Source: Candidatus Falkowbacteria bacterium | Lineage (GTDB): Bacteria; Patescibacteriota; Patescibacteriia; Patescibacteriales; GWE2-39-37 | Length of the DNA stretch: 64,000 bases | Direction: 5' to 3' | NCBI GenBank assembly: GCA_013336275.1 | Contig: JAAXUA010000004.1 | Location: 47,460-111,459, forward strand | In this document: in pieces, positions 36,344-45,459 of the stretch | How positions within the stretch are numbered: the first letter of the stretch is position 1 | Layout of the letters: every line of letters starts with the position of its first letter | Position numbers and translations under genes: made by a program | Notes under the pieces: model-generated | What the model was told of the DNA's origin: nothing | The model's database searches: none | The model's input: the letters and a program-made list of their open reading frames with translations, nothing else

Positions 36344-37603
36344 TTATTTTACGAGCTGCCAATTTTTCACCTTAACCGACTCACCCGGCTGAAAAATTTC
36401 ATCCGTTTCGAAATTGATGTCGAAATAATATTCACTCTTGGCGCGATAGGTCCGGCCCTGGCTGCGGCCGTCGATAATAGCCTCTATTTCGTGGCCGAGA
36501 AAACTCTCATTGTATTTTCGTTCAAGTAAGTCGCTCAGTTTCTGCATGGCCGAGGCTCGCTGTTTTTTGGCAGCTTCATCAAGCTGATCGGGCAAGGAAA
36601 AAGCCGGGGTCTTTTCGTGGGCCGAGAAAGGAAAGACGTGGACCTTGCTGAAGTACAGGCTTTCGACATGTTCCAGGGTCTCTTTGAAATCTTCATCCGA
36701 TTCTCCGGGAAAGCCGACAATCAGGTCGGTGCTGATTGCGACCTCCGGCACGGCGGCGCGCAGCTTGGCGATGCGTTCGCTGAAGTAGCGCAGATCATAA
36801 GGCCGGTTCATCGACTTCAATATCTTATCCGTTCCCGCCTGCAACGGGATATGCAGGTGCCTCGCGAATTTGCGATTGCTACTCATCAGCTCGATCAGCC
36901 GGTCGTTAACTTCGGTGATCTCGATCGAACTCAGACGGACTTTTTTCAATTTATCGATCTTGAACAAGTCTTCCAGCAGGTCGGCCAAAAAATATTCATT
37001 ATCATTTCCTGATTGCTGTTCGCTATTGATGCCATACAATCCCAGATGAATACCGCACAAGACTATTTCTTCGAAGCCCTGTTCCGTTGCCGCTTCGACT
37101 TCCCGAAGTACTTCGTCACCCGGGCGGCTCGACAGCTTGCCGCGGTTATACGGGATGATGCAATAGGAGCAGAATTGCTGGCAGCCGTCCTGGACTTTAA
37201 GGAAATAGCGTGAATGGCCGGACTGATCGGTCACGATGGTGCCGCAGCCTGATGGCAGGGCCAAGCCAAAATCCAGAGCGACCTGCTTGACCAGGTCGCC
37301 GCATTCCTTGACCGAGGCGACGTAGTCGACGCCGGCGGACAAGGCCTGGTCGCGATAATTGACCGGCAGGCAGCCGGTGATGGCGATCCTGGCATGGGGA
37401 TTCTCCTGGCGCGCCTTTTCGACTGTCTTCATATCCTTGGCGATAGCGGCCTGGGTGACCGTGCAAGTGTTGATGATGGCCAGGTCAGCCTGACCTTCAG
37501 CCGGCAAAAAGCCAAGCAGCTCAAGCTGTTTGGCCAGATAGCCGGCGTCGTATTGGTTGACCTTGCAACCGAGGCCGTAGATTTTATAAGTGATCTTTTC
37601 CAT
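36344..37603 (-). CDS. radical-SAM methylthiotransferase, MtaB/MiaB-like
   Basis: N-terminal UPF0004 cysteines (GCKVN..C..C), the radical-SAM motif CQQFCSYC and a TRAM-like C-terminus. Confidence 0.85.
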   Translation of the reverse strand: MEKITYKIYGLGCKVNQYDAGYLAKQLELLGFLPAEGQADLAIINTCTVTQAAIAKDMKTVEKARQENPHARIAITGCLPVNYRDQALSAGVDYVASVKECGDLVKQVALDFGLALPSGCGTIVTDQSGHSRYFLKVQDGCQQFCSYCIIPYNRGKLSSRPGDEVLREVEAATEQGFEEIVLCGIHLGLYGINSEQQSGNDNEYFLADLLEDLFKIDKLKKVRLSSIEITEVNDRLIELMSSNRKFARHLHIPLQAGTDKILKSMNRPYDLRYFSERIAKLRAAVPEVAISTDLIVGFPGESDEDFKETLEHVESLYFSKVHVFPFSAHEKTPAFSLPDQLDEAAKKQRASAMQKLSDLLERKYNESFLGHEIEAIIDGRSQGRTYRAKSEYYFDINFETDEIFQPGESVKVKNWQLVK

Positions 37604-37647
37604 ATTCGCTTCAAAAAAACTCCGCCGTGGGGCGAAGTTTTAGCTTG

Positions 37648-37720
37648 AGCCAGCTAAGGGGCTCGAACCCATGACCCGCAGTTTACAAAACTGCTGCTCT
37701 ACCAACTGAGCTAAGCTGGC
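37648..37720 (-). tRNA. tRNA-Thr (anticodon UGU)
   Basis: Hand-folded: acceptor GCCAGCT/AGCTGGC, D arm GCTC-AGTTGGTA-GAGC, anticodon arm GCAGT-TTTGTAA-ACTGC, T loop TTCGAGC. There is one T-stem mismatch. Confidence 0.85.
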
Positions 37721-37770
37721 TTATAAAAACAATGTTCTTATAATAGGTTATTTTACCGAACTAAGCAAGC

Positions 37771-38994
37771 CTAGCGCCTGCGTCCGCCACGGCGGAAGGC
37801 GGTCGGCCTGGCTCCGCCCATGCGGCCGTACAACGAGGCCTTGGGCTGGGCAGCAGGCTTGATCAGCTGAGCAAATTCCTTAAGAGGCAGATCTTTCTTG
37901 ATCAGTTTCTCGATATCGCTAATGTCCTTCCATTGGGTCGGCAAGGCGAAAGAGATAGCTTTGCCTTTCTTACCGGCGCGCGCGGTGCGGCCGATGCGGT
38001 GGACGTAATCCTCGGTCGAGTCAGGCAGATCGAAGTTGACGACCAGCTCGATATCATTGACGTCGATGCCGCGAGCGGCGATGTCGGTGGCAACCAAGAT
38101 GCGGTATTTGCCTGATTTGAATCCGCCCAGAGCTGCCTTGCGCTGCTCAAACGAGCGGTTGGAGTGGATTTCCGCCACGCCGAAGCCGAGTTTGTCGATA
38201 TTCCTAGTCAGAGCCTTAGCTCCGTGTTTAGTGCGAGTAAAAATCAGGACTGAACCATTATACTCATCGAGCATCTTGGTCAGCTGGTTGAAGCGGTCTT
38301 CCTTGTTGACGACATAGACTTCCTGGTCGACGCGCTCGGCAGTGGTGCCGGCGGGGGCGACTTCGATAGTCAACGGCAATTTCATGTGCTTATTGATCAA
38401 GCGCACGATCGTGGCCGGCATGGTAGCCGAAAATAGCATCGTCTGGCGCTCCTTAGGCACCTGGCTCAAAATCTCCTCAACCTGAGGAATGAAGCCCATG
38501 TCAAACATCATGTCTGCCTCATCCAATACCAAAGTATTGACATTGCGCAGACTCAGAGTCTTGCGATTATTAAGATGGTCGATCAGACGCCCAGGCGTTG
38601 CCACGATGATGTGGGGGTTAGCCTCGATCTGCTTGACCTGCTTGCCGATCGGTTCGCCGCCGATCAAAGAGGCAGTGCGCAGACCGAGCTGTCTGCCGAG
38701 CTTCTGCAGGTTCTCATCGACCTGTAACGCGAGTTCGCGGGTCGGCAATAGAACTAGGCCGTTACCCTTGGTTTTGCCGATGCGTTCGAGCATCGGAATG
38801 CCGAAGGCAAAGGTTTTGCCGGTGCCGGTCTGGGCAATGCCGATGATGTCGTTGCCATCGAGTGCCGATGGAATCGCCTTGCTCTGGATCGGTGTCGGCG
38901 TTTCCAGATTAAGTTTTTCGAGTACGTTAAGAATACTTGTGCTGATGCCCAAGTCGCTAAAACGCACTGCTTGTGAAGTGTTGTGTTCTTGCAT
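37771..38994 (-). CDS. DEAD-box ATP-dependent RNA helicase
   Basis: Q motif (TPIQ), AQTGTGKT, DEAD (VLDEADMM), SAT and HRIGRTARAG. I prefer the ATG at 38994. Confidence 0.92.
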   Translation of the reverse strand: MQEHNTSQAVRFSDLGISTSILNVLEKLNLETPTPIQSKAIPSALDGNDIIGIAQTGTGKTFAFGIPMLERIGKTKGNGLVLLPTRELALQVDENLQKLGRQLGLRTASLIGGEPIGKQVKQIEANPHIIVATPGRLIDHLNNRKTLSLRNVNTLVLDEADMMFDMGFIPQVEEILSQVPKERQTMLFSATMPATIVRLINKHMKLPLTIEVAPAGTTAERVDQEVYVVNKEDRFNQLTKMLDEYNGSVLIFTRTKHGAKALTRNIDKLGFGVAEIHSNRSFEQRKAALGGFKSGKYRILVATDIAARGIDVNDIELVVNFDLPDSTEDYVHRIGRTARAGKKGKAISFALPTQWKDISDIEKLIKKDLPLKEFAQLIKPAAQPKASLYGRMGGARPTAFRRGGRRR

Positions 38995-39090
38995 AAAAAA
39001 TAGGTGACCCGACTTCTCTGGGACCACCTATGCTTTTATATATAACACGGATAAAGACGAGAGATTCGAATCTGATTTAATTGATAAGCA

Positions 39091-39119
39091 AATCATAGCA
39101 CGAAGCCATTATTTTGTCA
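39091..39119 (-). promoter_or_regulatory. promoter TTGACA-N17-TATGAT with TGC extended -10, driving the DEAD-box gene
   Basis: Minus-strand hexamers at 39119-39114 and 39096-39091, giving a leader of about 95 nt. Confidence 0.55.
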
Positions 39120-39140
39120 AGGTAAACCGCCAAAACGAGC

Positions 39141-40616
39141 CTAATCAGTTGAATAAACCCGGGCATTAAGCTGCCAGCCCTCGGGGTTGGTTTCTTTCAA
39201 TTCCTTGAATTCCCTTTCGATGTCTGCCATCCATCTGCCATCCACTTTTTTGAAATAAGTCTTATCCCGTCCGCCCGGTTCGCGATAACCGTTTTCATTG
39301 GAGAATCGATAATATTCTATCGCCACACCGCCCTCATCGACGTCCTGCTGCTTGTAGATTACTATAGCGCCGACATTGTCCTTGGTCATGCCCGAAAATA
39401 CCTTGTTTTTGAAGCGGCGCTTGAATCCTTCAAGGTCGGTCTGGAAGTTGGGTTTGATAAAATCATCGATGAACGATTGAGGGTAATAAAAAATCGATTC
39501 ATAAGCTTCAAGCTTGCCGCTCGCAATAGCATGCTCCATATAATAAAGCGCGATTTCCGGCGAAGTGAAGGGATTGAAAACGCCCTCGCCAGCAGGGTCG
39601 TCTCCTAGCGCCGCCTCAGCGCCATCGGTCACGCCGCTGCCGTCGGTGTCGGCCAACAAGGGGTTGGATTTATAGATGCTGACTTCTTCATAATCGCTCA
39701 AGGCATCGTTGTCGGTGTCGGTACTAGTTGAACTGGTTTTATACTTTAAGCTCTCCTCGCTATCAAGCAAACCGTCCCTATCCTTGTCGCGCATTAATTT
39801 TTCGTGATTATGCTCAGGCATCGAAGAGTTGGATATCTTCCTGGACTGCGTCCCCATGTTCCTGATCAGCTCCTCCGGGCTCTCCTGCGCGCGCATTTGC
39901 GACTCGAAATCATCGATGAACTGCCGATTCTGCAGATTAAGGAAACCGGAAACTATCGTGACCGCAAAAATAACCGAGAATGCGAAATTGATACCGACAA
40001 AAGCTTGCTTGCTCCAGCGCCTTACTGCATATGCGGAAATAGCAAGCCATGCGGCAACGATTGCCAGCAACACTGCCTTTAAGGAGGACGAGGCTTTCAA
40101 GGTATTGGCTAGCTCCTTGTTTTTTAATAACCCGGAAAGGACGACAAAAATCAATATCAGCGTTATGACCAAGGAATTTGCAGCCTTGGGCGTGCCAATG
40201 GCGGGAACAGTGATTTTATCTTGGCTTAGCTTAACTTTGAATCCGTCAGCCTGGATTTCTCCGGGCGTTCCAGGACTAGGCTGGGGCGGGACGTTTTGTG
40301 CCGGGTCGATGCCAGCGATCTCGGCTGTAGAAACTTTTGATAAGCGGTAAAAGACATAGACGAAGGCAGCGAAGATGAGGGGGTAAACCGCAGCTTCGAC
40401 CGCGTCCGATTTGACGAGTCGGCCCAGGATATATTGCAAGCTCAATATCAGAACGGTAAAACCAGCTAGCGCAATCTTTAATTGCTGGGCGAAACCCGAG
40501 CTGAGCTTGATTTTCGTGCCGCATTGCGGGCACGGAAAACCGTTCTTGCCGTTCCGTTCCTTATTTAAGTTCAATTTGAAATAATTGAACTGATGCTGGC
40601 ATTGGGGGCAGATCAT
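39141..40616 (-). CDS. membrane protein with an N-terminal zinc ribbon and thrombospondin-type-3-like Asp-rich repeats
   Basis: CPQC...CPQC at the N-terminus, several TM helices, and DKDRDGLLDSEE / DTDNDALSDYEE / DTDGSGVTDGAE repeats. Confidence 0.65.
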   Translation of the reverse strand: MICPQCQHQFNYFKLNLNKERNGKNGFPCPQCGTKIKLSSGFAQQLKIALAGFTVLILSLQYILGRLVKSDAVEAAVYPLIFAAFVYVFYRLSKVSTAEIAGIDPAQNVPPQPSPGTPGEIQADGFKVKLSQDKITVPAIGTPKAANSLVITLILIFVVLSGLLKNKELANTLKASSSLKAVLLAIVAAWLAISAYAVRRWSKQAFVGINFAFSVIFAVTIVSGFLNLQNRQFIDDFESQMRAQESPEELIRNMGTQSRKISNSSMPEHNHEKLMRDKDRDGLLDSEESLKYKTSSTSTDTDNDALSDYEEVSIYKSNPLLADTDGSGVTDGAEAALGDDPAGEGVFNPFTSPEIALYYMEHAIASGKLEAYESIFYYPQSFIDDFIKPNFQTDLEGFKRRFKNKVFSGMTKDNVGAIVIYKQQDVDEGGVAIEYYRFSNENGYREPGGRDKTYFKKVDGRWMADIEREFKELKETNPEGWQLNARVYSTD

Positions 40617-40646
40617 TTGTTTTTATATTTATCGGTTAGGGCTCGG

Positions 40647-41687
40647 CTATTCGCTCTTTTTGACCGGATTGGCCTTGAGCTCGGCTAGAAGCTCGGCCAT
40701 GCTAACTTTGGCGGCGGCGATACGCGTGTCAGCCGCGCCGTAATAGATATAGAGGTCGTCACCGAACTGGGCGGTGCCGGTCGGGAAGACGACGTTGTTG
40801 ACCAGCCCGACCGACTCGGCTTCATTCGAGGGGGTAAATAGCGGATATGGCAGCTTGCCGATCAGCTTGCCCGGATTTTCCAAATCCAGCAGAGCGGCGC
40901 CGGCGCTATAGGTGCGGGCCGCGTTGTTCTCGTGCACGCCATGGTAGATCATGAGCCAGCCGTCGGCGGTCCTGATCGGCGGGCAGCCGCCGCCGACGTT
41001 GCGCTCTTCGAAGGTATATTCGCTTTCCAAAACCACATTGCTGGCTAACTCATCCAGAAGGTAATGGATCCAAAAGTATTTTTCCTTGAACTGGCCGAAG
41101 TCGTCGAAGGTGACCATCTGGATGTCCGGCAAGATGCGCTGGAGCATTTTGAACTGGCCGCCGATCTTTTCCGGAAACAGGATGCAATCCTTGTGCCAGA
41201 TCAGGATGTTCTTGCCGCTGAACTCTTTGTAAAAAGCTTCGTAGAAATAATAATCGTCCTTCAGCTTCTGGTAACGGAAAATCTCAGCCGCTTCCTTGTA
41301 CATGATTTTCGGACTGACCATGTGCCCGCGCGAGAGCTCGAACAGGCTCGGTCCCTCGGCGAAATAGGTCACGGCGTTCTTGCCGTCGTGCGCCACGTAA
41401 GTCATATAGTAAGTGCCATCAATCTTAACGATGCGCGGGTCCTCGATTCCTTTGCTCTCCGCCTTGAGTTTCGGCACCATAAACGGCTTGTTCCAGCGCT
41501 CAACGACCGTCGTTGGTCCGGAAAGCCTGGCATAGCCGAGGCAGGACATATACTCCTCGTCAATCGCACGATAAATGATATGGACATCGTTGCCATCCTG
41601 GAAGACGCCCGGATTCAAGACAGCCCGAGTTTCGAAAGCGTTCTGGGTCGGCTCCAAGATCAAGCCTAATTTTTGTACATTAACCAT
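40647..41687 (-). CDS. glycoside hydrolase family 130-like protein (beta-mannoside phosphorylase fold)
   Basis: 346-aa ORF with NPGVFQDGNDVHIIYRA, GIEDPRIVKIDGTYYMTY and YYGAADT beta-propeller motifs, recognised by eye. Confidence 0.7.
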   Translation of the reverse strand: MVNVQKLGLILEPTQNAFETRAVLNPGVFQDGNDVHIIYRAIDEEYMSCLGYARLSGPTTVVERWNKPFMVPKLKAESKGIEDPRIVKIDGTYYMTYVAHDGKNAVTYFAEGPSLFELSRGHMVSPKIMYKEAAEIFRYQKLKDDYYFYEAFYKEFSGKNILIWHKDCILFPEKIGGQFKMLQRILPDIQMVTFDDFGQFKEKYFWIHYLLDELASNVVLESEYTFEERNVGGGCPPIRTADGWLMIYHGVHENNAARTYSAGAALLDLENPGKLIGKLPYPLFTPSNEAESVGLVNNVVFPTGTAQFGDDLYIYYGAADTRIAAAKVSMAELLAELKANPVKKSE

Positions 41688-42215
41688 AAGCTGAGATTAT
41701 TTCTTAGTTATCCATATTATATCATTTACCCTAAGCCTGGCCAAATACTCGACGTTTTAAAATTAATAACTATGGGGACAATAAATATTAAAGCGCCTAC
41801 AAAAAACACAAAAAGAATATTAAAATACGGACTGGGAATACTCGTTAAATCACCGTTACCCTCCAAACATTACTCCCATGAAAGCTGAACTTATCTTGCT
41901 ATCCAATTTTTAGTCACAGAAAGACTAACCACCATCGTGCTTTGACAGAAAAATAATTGTTATTTGCATTAATTTATTTAATTTTTAATCTAGCTGTCGA
42001 TTATTCATTTGTTGTTTAATGACTAATTTTGTGATAAATTGTAGGGGAAAATGACAGCAAGTGCTAAAGTTAAAATCGGAAATTTTTTTTCTTTATTCTC
42101 TGGTAATTGATCTGATATCCTTATCAATCGCTAGAAATATTTTGTACTAACTATATTTTGCAGATATTGGGTGTCAGTTTTTTTATTCTGCCACCTTCGC
42201 AACTCACTTAAACTT

Positions 42216-42677
42216 ATGCAATATAATCAAGGCATTGAAAAACAAGTTAAGGAATATAATTCATTGGATTGGAAAAATTCATACAGAAAACAATCGGCGC
42301 TTATTTTGCGCATATCAGCATGCGTGGTTATTTTGGCAAGCTTCCTTGGGGGCAACCCAATGTCTATTGTCGTCGCCATTGTCCAGCAATTAATAACTTT
42401 TATTCCCCTGTCATTTTTTATAACAATGGGGAAACGCTGGTCACTTGTAGTAACACTTTTTTTGTGGACATATGCCTTTATCACTGAAGTTGCCTCGTAT
42501 ATGGCCAACATTCAAAAAACAAGGAACATTACTTATGGAGAGTTTAAAATTATCCTAGCTGCAGCTGCTTTATACTTTTTCACCATGCGCATATTTATAA
42601 AGGCCTTAAGGGTGGAAAATGAGATACGACACGGCCAAGAAGATAAAAAAAACTCTTTCCAAGACAGCTCTAAATAA
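42216..42677 (+). CDS. hypothetical membrane protein encoded in the AT-rich island
   Basis: ATG at 42216 (the track begins at the GTG at 42171). It has four hydrophobic helices. Confidence 0.5.
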   Translation: MQYNQGIEKQVKEYNSLDWKNSYRKQSALILRISACVVILASFLGGNPMSIVVAIVQQLITFIPLSFFITMGKRWSLVVTLFLWTYAFITEVASYMANIQKTRNITYGEFKIILAAAALYFFTMRIFIKALRVENEIRHGQEDKKNSFQDSSK

Positions 42678-42763
42678 CCAACAATTTTTTACTTAACTGT
42701 AATACTATTTTTTTAATATCTGCCTTGATCAAATAAATTATCATAATCATCCTTAAGTCTCAT

Positions 42764-43489
42764 ATGAATATTAATAAACTAATAAACATTGGCCAAACTG
42801 GTGAGCTAAATAACCAAGAATTTAGTAGAAAGTTTTTATTCTCACTGCACAGAAACCCATTTGTAAAAACATTACCGTTAGAAGATTTAGTAAATCTTAT
42901 GCGGGGACTGGCAATCATAGAGACACAAGTCGAATACGGTTTTGGCAGCACCACGGTTATGGGTAAATTACTCAATATATTAATATCAAGAACAAGACAT
43001 GACGAAACACTATTAAACCACTTTGTTGATTGGGCTCTAGCAAATAGAACAAACCCCTACATTCCTTTTGGAACCAACGTACCAATTGAAATTAAATCAA
43101 TAAAAGAGCTTGCTGCACATGATAAGAAGCATTGGGAGCACATCGAAAAGATGGAAAAAGAAAAAATAGAAAGATCGAGAATAGCAAAGGAGAAGAAAAT
43201 AAAAATTATCCAGGAACATAAAAATAATGCAAACCTGAAAAACCAAGAGCGTGACAAAATTATAGAGAATCTAAGCAGACTTGATGTCATGAACCGTTTT
43301 GCATATATAATTAGATCTGAAAAGCCAATAGATTTTTTTCCAGAAAAATATGCCAAAGTGTCGTCAAAGGACTTGGCAAAAATACCCAAAATAACAATTG
43401 AGTTATTGTCACAAAAACTCAAATACTCCAAAAGGAATAGCGACTGGAAAAAATTACAAAAAATAATTAAACAAAGACCAGTAGAATAA
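42764..43489 (+). CDS. hypothetical Lys/Glu-rich protein encoded in the AT-rich island
   Basis: 241-aa ORF with a central charged coiled-coil-like stretch (KKHWEHIEKMEKEKIERSRIAKEKKIKIIQEHK). No recognisable domain. Confidence 0.5.
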   Translation: MNINKLINIGQTGELNNQEFSRKFLFSLHRNPFVKTLPLEDLVNLMRGLAIIETQVEYGFGSTTVMGKLLNILISRTRHDETLLNHFVDWALANRTNPYIPFGTNVPIEIKSIKELAAHDKKHWEHIEKMEKEKIERSRIAKEKKIKIIQEHKNNANLKNQERDKIIENLSRLDVMNRFAYIIRSEKPIDFFPEKYAKVSSKDLAKIPKITIELLSQKLKYSKRNSDWKKLQKIIKQRPVE

Positions 43490-43597
43490 GGTGCTGAATA
43501 CAATTTTTCACAGGACACTATCTATGAGTGCTTGAATTTTGACTGCTAGCCAAAACGCACAAATAAAATAGACCTCCGATTGGGAGGCCTATTTTAT

Positions 43598-43685
43598 TTG
43601 TGCGCCCACAAGGACTCGAAGGGGCGGAAGCCCCACACCACCGAAAGGTGACACAGTATTATATATTTTTTTAACCAATAAGCAA
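43598..43685 (-). ncRNA. candidate small RNA unit: promoter, then GGGGC-TTCC-GCCCC hairpin, then orphan tRNA-Lys 3'-end copy, followed by a terminator hairpin at 43557-43603
   Basis: Minus strand: TTGCTT (43685-43680), N16, TATAAT (43663-43658). The 23-nt stretch 43598-43620 is identical to 43785-43807. A 21-bp terminator hairpin lies at 43557-43603. Confidence 0.45.
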
Positions 43686-43787
43686 AAAGCACATTTCGAT
43701 ATTCTGAAACGTTCCTTTTACAAGATTCTCGAAGCTTATAAACCCACAAAATAAATCAGACCCCGAAATGGGGTCTGATTTATTTTG

Positions 43788-43860
43788 TGCGCCCACAAGG
43801 ACTCGAACCTTGGACCTTGTCCTTAAAAGGGACCTGCTCTACCAACTGAGCTATGGGCGC
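43788..43860 (-). tRNA. tRNA-Lys (anticodon UUU)
   Basis: Hand-folded: acceptor GCGCCCA/TGGGCGC, D arm GCTC-AGTTGGTA-GAGC, anticodon loop CTTTTAA, T arm CAAGG-TTCGAGT-CCTTG, discriminator A. CCA is not encoded. Confidence 0.88.
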
Positions 43861-43934
43861 TAATTTATACAAAAATAAAACTGCGCTAGGCAGAATTATC
43901 TTGATTAAGTGTATATTAACACGAATAAATGATT

Positions 43935-43963
43935 TTGACAAGGCACGCGGGCAGTGCTTAATA
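43935..43963 (+). promoter_or_regulatory. promoter TTGACA-N17-TTAATA with TGC extended -10, upstream of dnaB
   Basis: Hexamers at 43935-43940 and 43958-43963. Confidence 0.45.
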
Positions 43964-44025
43964 GGTGGAAAAAAGGTGCACAATTCACGCTTGCTAAATT
44001 GCCGGCGAATAGCTAAGATACCCTT

Positions 44026-45411
44026 ATGAATAACCAGATTGTCGGCAAGCTGCCGCCTCAAAGCATCGAAACAGAACAGTCGCTCCTCGGCTGTCTTTTG
44101 ATTGATAAGGACTCAATCATTAAGATTGCCGATTTCTTGCAGCCCAACGACTTCTACAAAGAGTCGCATGAGCTCATCTTCGAAGCAATGAAGGAACTCT
44201 ACGCCAAGCAGGAGCCGATCGACATCCTCACCCTCTCGAGCCGCTTGATGGACAAGGGCCATCTGGAAAAGATCGGCGGCCGCGGCTATCTGGCCGAGAT
44301 TTCTAATTCGGTGGCCACCTCATCCCATGTCGTCTTCTATGCCAACATCGTCCAGCGCAAGGCCACCCTGCGCCGGCTTTTGAACGTTGCCGCCCAGCTT
44401 TCCGAGATGGGCTATACCGAAGAAGAGGATATCGAACAAGTCTTGGATCAGGCCGAACAGAGGCTCTTTTCTGTTTCCCAAAAATTCACCAAAAACGCCT
44501 TCTTGCCGATCGACTCCCTCTTGGCCGAGGCCTTCGAGCGCATCGACGAGCTCCACCGCCAAGGCGGCAAGCTACGCGGCCTCTCGACCGGCTTCCATGG
44601 AGTCGACGAGCTCTTGGGCGGCCTGCAACGCTCTGACCTGCTCATCCTAGCTGCCCGTCCTTCGGTCGGCAAAACCTCATTAGCCCTGGACATGGCTCGC
44701 CTGGTCGCTTTAAGAAATAAAGTTTCGGTCGGCATCTTTTCTTTGGAAATGGGCAAAGAACAGCTGGTTGACCGCATGCTCTGCGCCCAGGCCAGGGTCG
44801 GATTATGGAAGATGCGCACTGGCCGCTTGTCAGATAGCGGCGAGGACAACGACTTTACCAAGATCGGCCAAGCCATGGGTGAACTGGCCGAAGCCAAAAT
44901 ATATATCGACGACTCTTCGAATACTACCATCATGGATATCCGCACCAAGTGCCGCCGCCTGCAAATTGAGAAGGGCTTGGATTTCGTGGTCATCGACTAC
45001 CTCCAGCTGATGGAGGGCCGGGGCAAATACCAGGACAACCGCGTGCAGGAAGTTTCGGAGATTTCCCGCGGCCTAAAGAACCTGGCCCGCGAGCTGAACA
45101 TCCCTGTCCTGGCTCTGTCTCAGCTATCACGCACCGTCGAGCAGTCCACCCCGGCCATTCCGAAGCTCGCCCACTTGCGCGAGTCCGGCTCCATTGAACA
45201 AGACGCCGATATCGTCATGTTCATCTACCGCAAAGCCGCCGATCGCAACTACCGCCGTGAGGACCTGTCCGAATTCGACAAACACAGCGCCGAACTCCAC
45301 GTCGCCAAGCACAGAAACGGCCCGACCGGAAAAATCGACCTATTCTTCGATGATGATACCGCCGACTTCAAAAACGTCGACCTGCAGCATGAGCTGCCGC
45401 CAAGCTTCTAG
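44026..45411 (+). CDS. dnaB: replicative DNA helicase
   Basis: 461-aa ORF with PPQSIETEQSLLG, Walker A ARPSVGKT, Walker B VVIDYLQLM and SQLSR. No intein is present. Confidence 0.95.
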   Translation: MNNQIVGKLPPQSIETEQSLLGCLLIDKDSIIKIADFLQPNDFYKESHELIFEAMKELYAKQEPIDILTLSSRLMDKGHLEKIGGRGYLAEISNSVATSSHVVFYANIVQRKATLRRLLNVAAQLSEMGYTEEEDIEQVLDQAEQRLFSVSQKFTKNAFLPIDSLLAEAFERIDELHRQGGKLRGLSTGFHGVDELLGGLQRSDLLILAARPSVGKTSLALDMARLVALRNKVSVGIFSLEMGKEQLVDRMLCAQARVGLWKMRTGRLSDSGEDNDFTKIGQAMGELAEAKIYIDDSSNTTIMDIRTKCRRLQIEKGLDFVVIDYLQLMEGRGKYQDNRVQEVSEISRGLKNLARELNIPVLALSQLSRTVEQSTPAIPKLAHLRESGSIEQDADIVMFIYRKAADRNYRREDLSEFDKHSAELHVAKHRNGPTGKIDLFFDDDTADFKNVDLQHELPPSF

Positions 45412-45419
45412 CGCATACT

Positions 45420-45446
45420 AAAACGAGCCCTTAGGGGCTCGTTTTT
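45420..45446. terminator. bidirectional terminator (ACGAGCCC/GGGCTCGT)
   Basis: Read from the sequence, between convergent dnaB and the next gene. Confidence 0.8.
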
Positions 45447-45459
45447 ATTTGACTATTCT

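Larger units (their letters stand above)
41690..43597. other. AT-rich island (about 30% G+C in hand-counted lines) abutting the tRNA-Lys locus
   Basis: Lines 42781 and 43141 each count 18/60 G+C, against 36/60 in dnaB line 44221. The boundaries are sharp, at the GH130 start and at the hairpin at 43557-43603. Confidence 0.7.

Noticed and set aside
41673-41888. A 71-aa plus-strand ORF at the left edge of the AT-rich island.
   Set aside because: It starts inside the GH130 start region, has no Shine-Dalgarno, and has a low-complexity composition driven by AT-rich DNA. It was not called.
43780-44061. A 93-aa minus-strand ORF.
   Set aside because: It runs through the tRNA-Lys gene and the dnaB promoter and start region, so it is an artefact of ORF calling.
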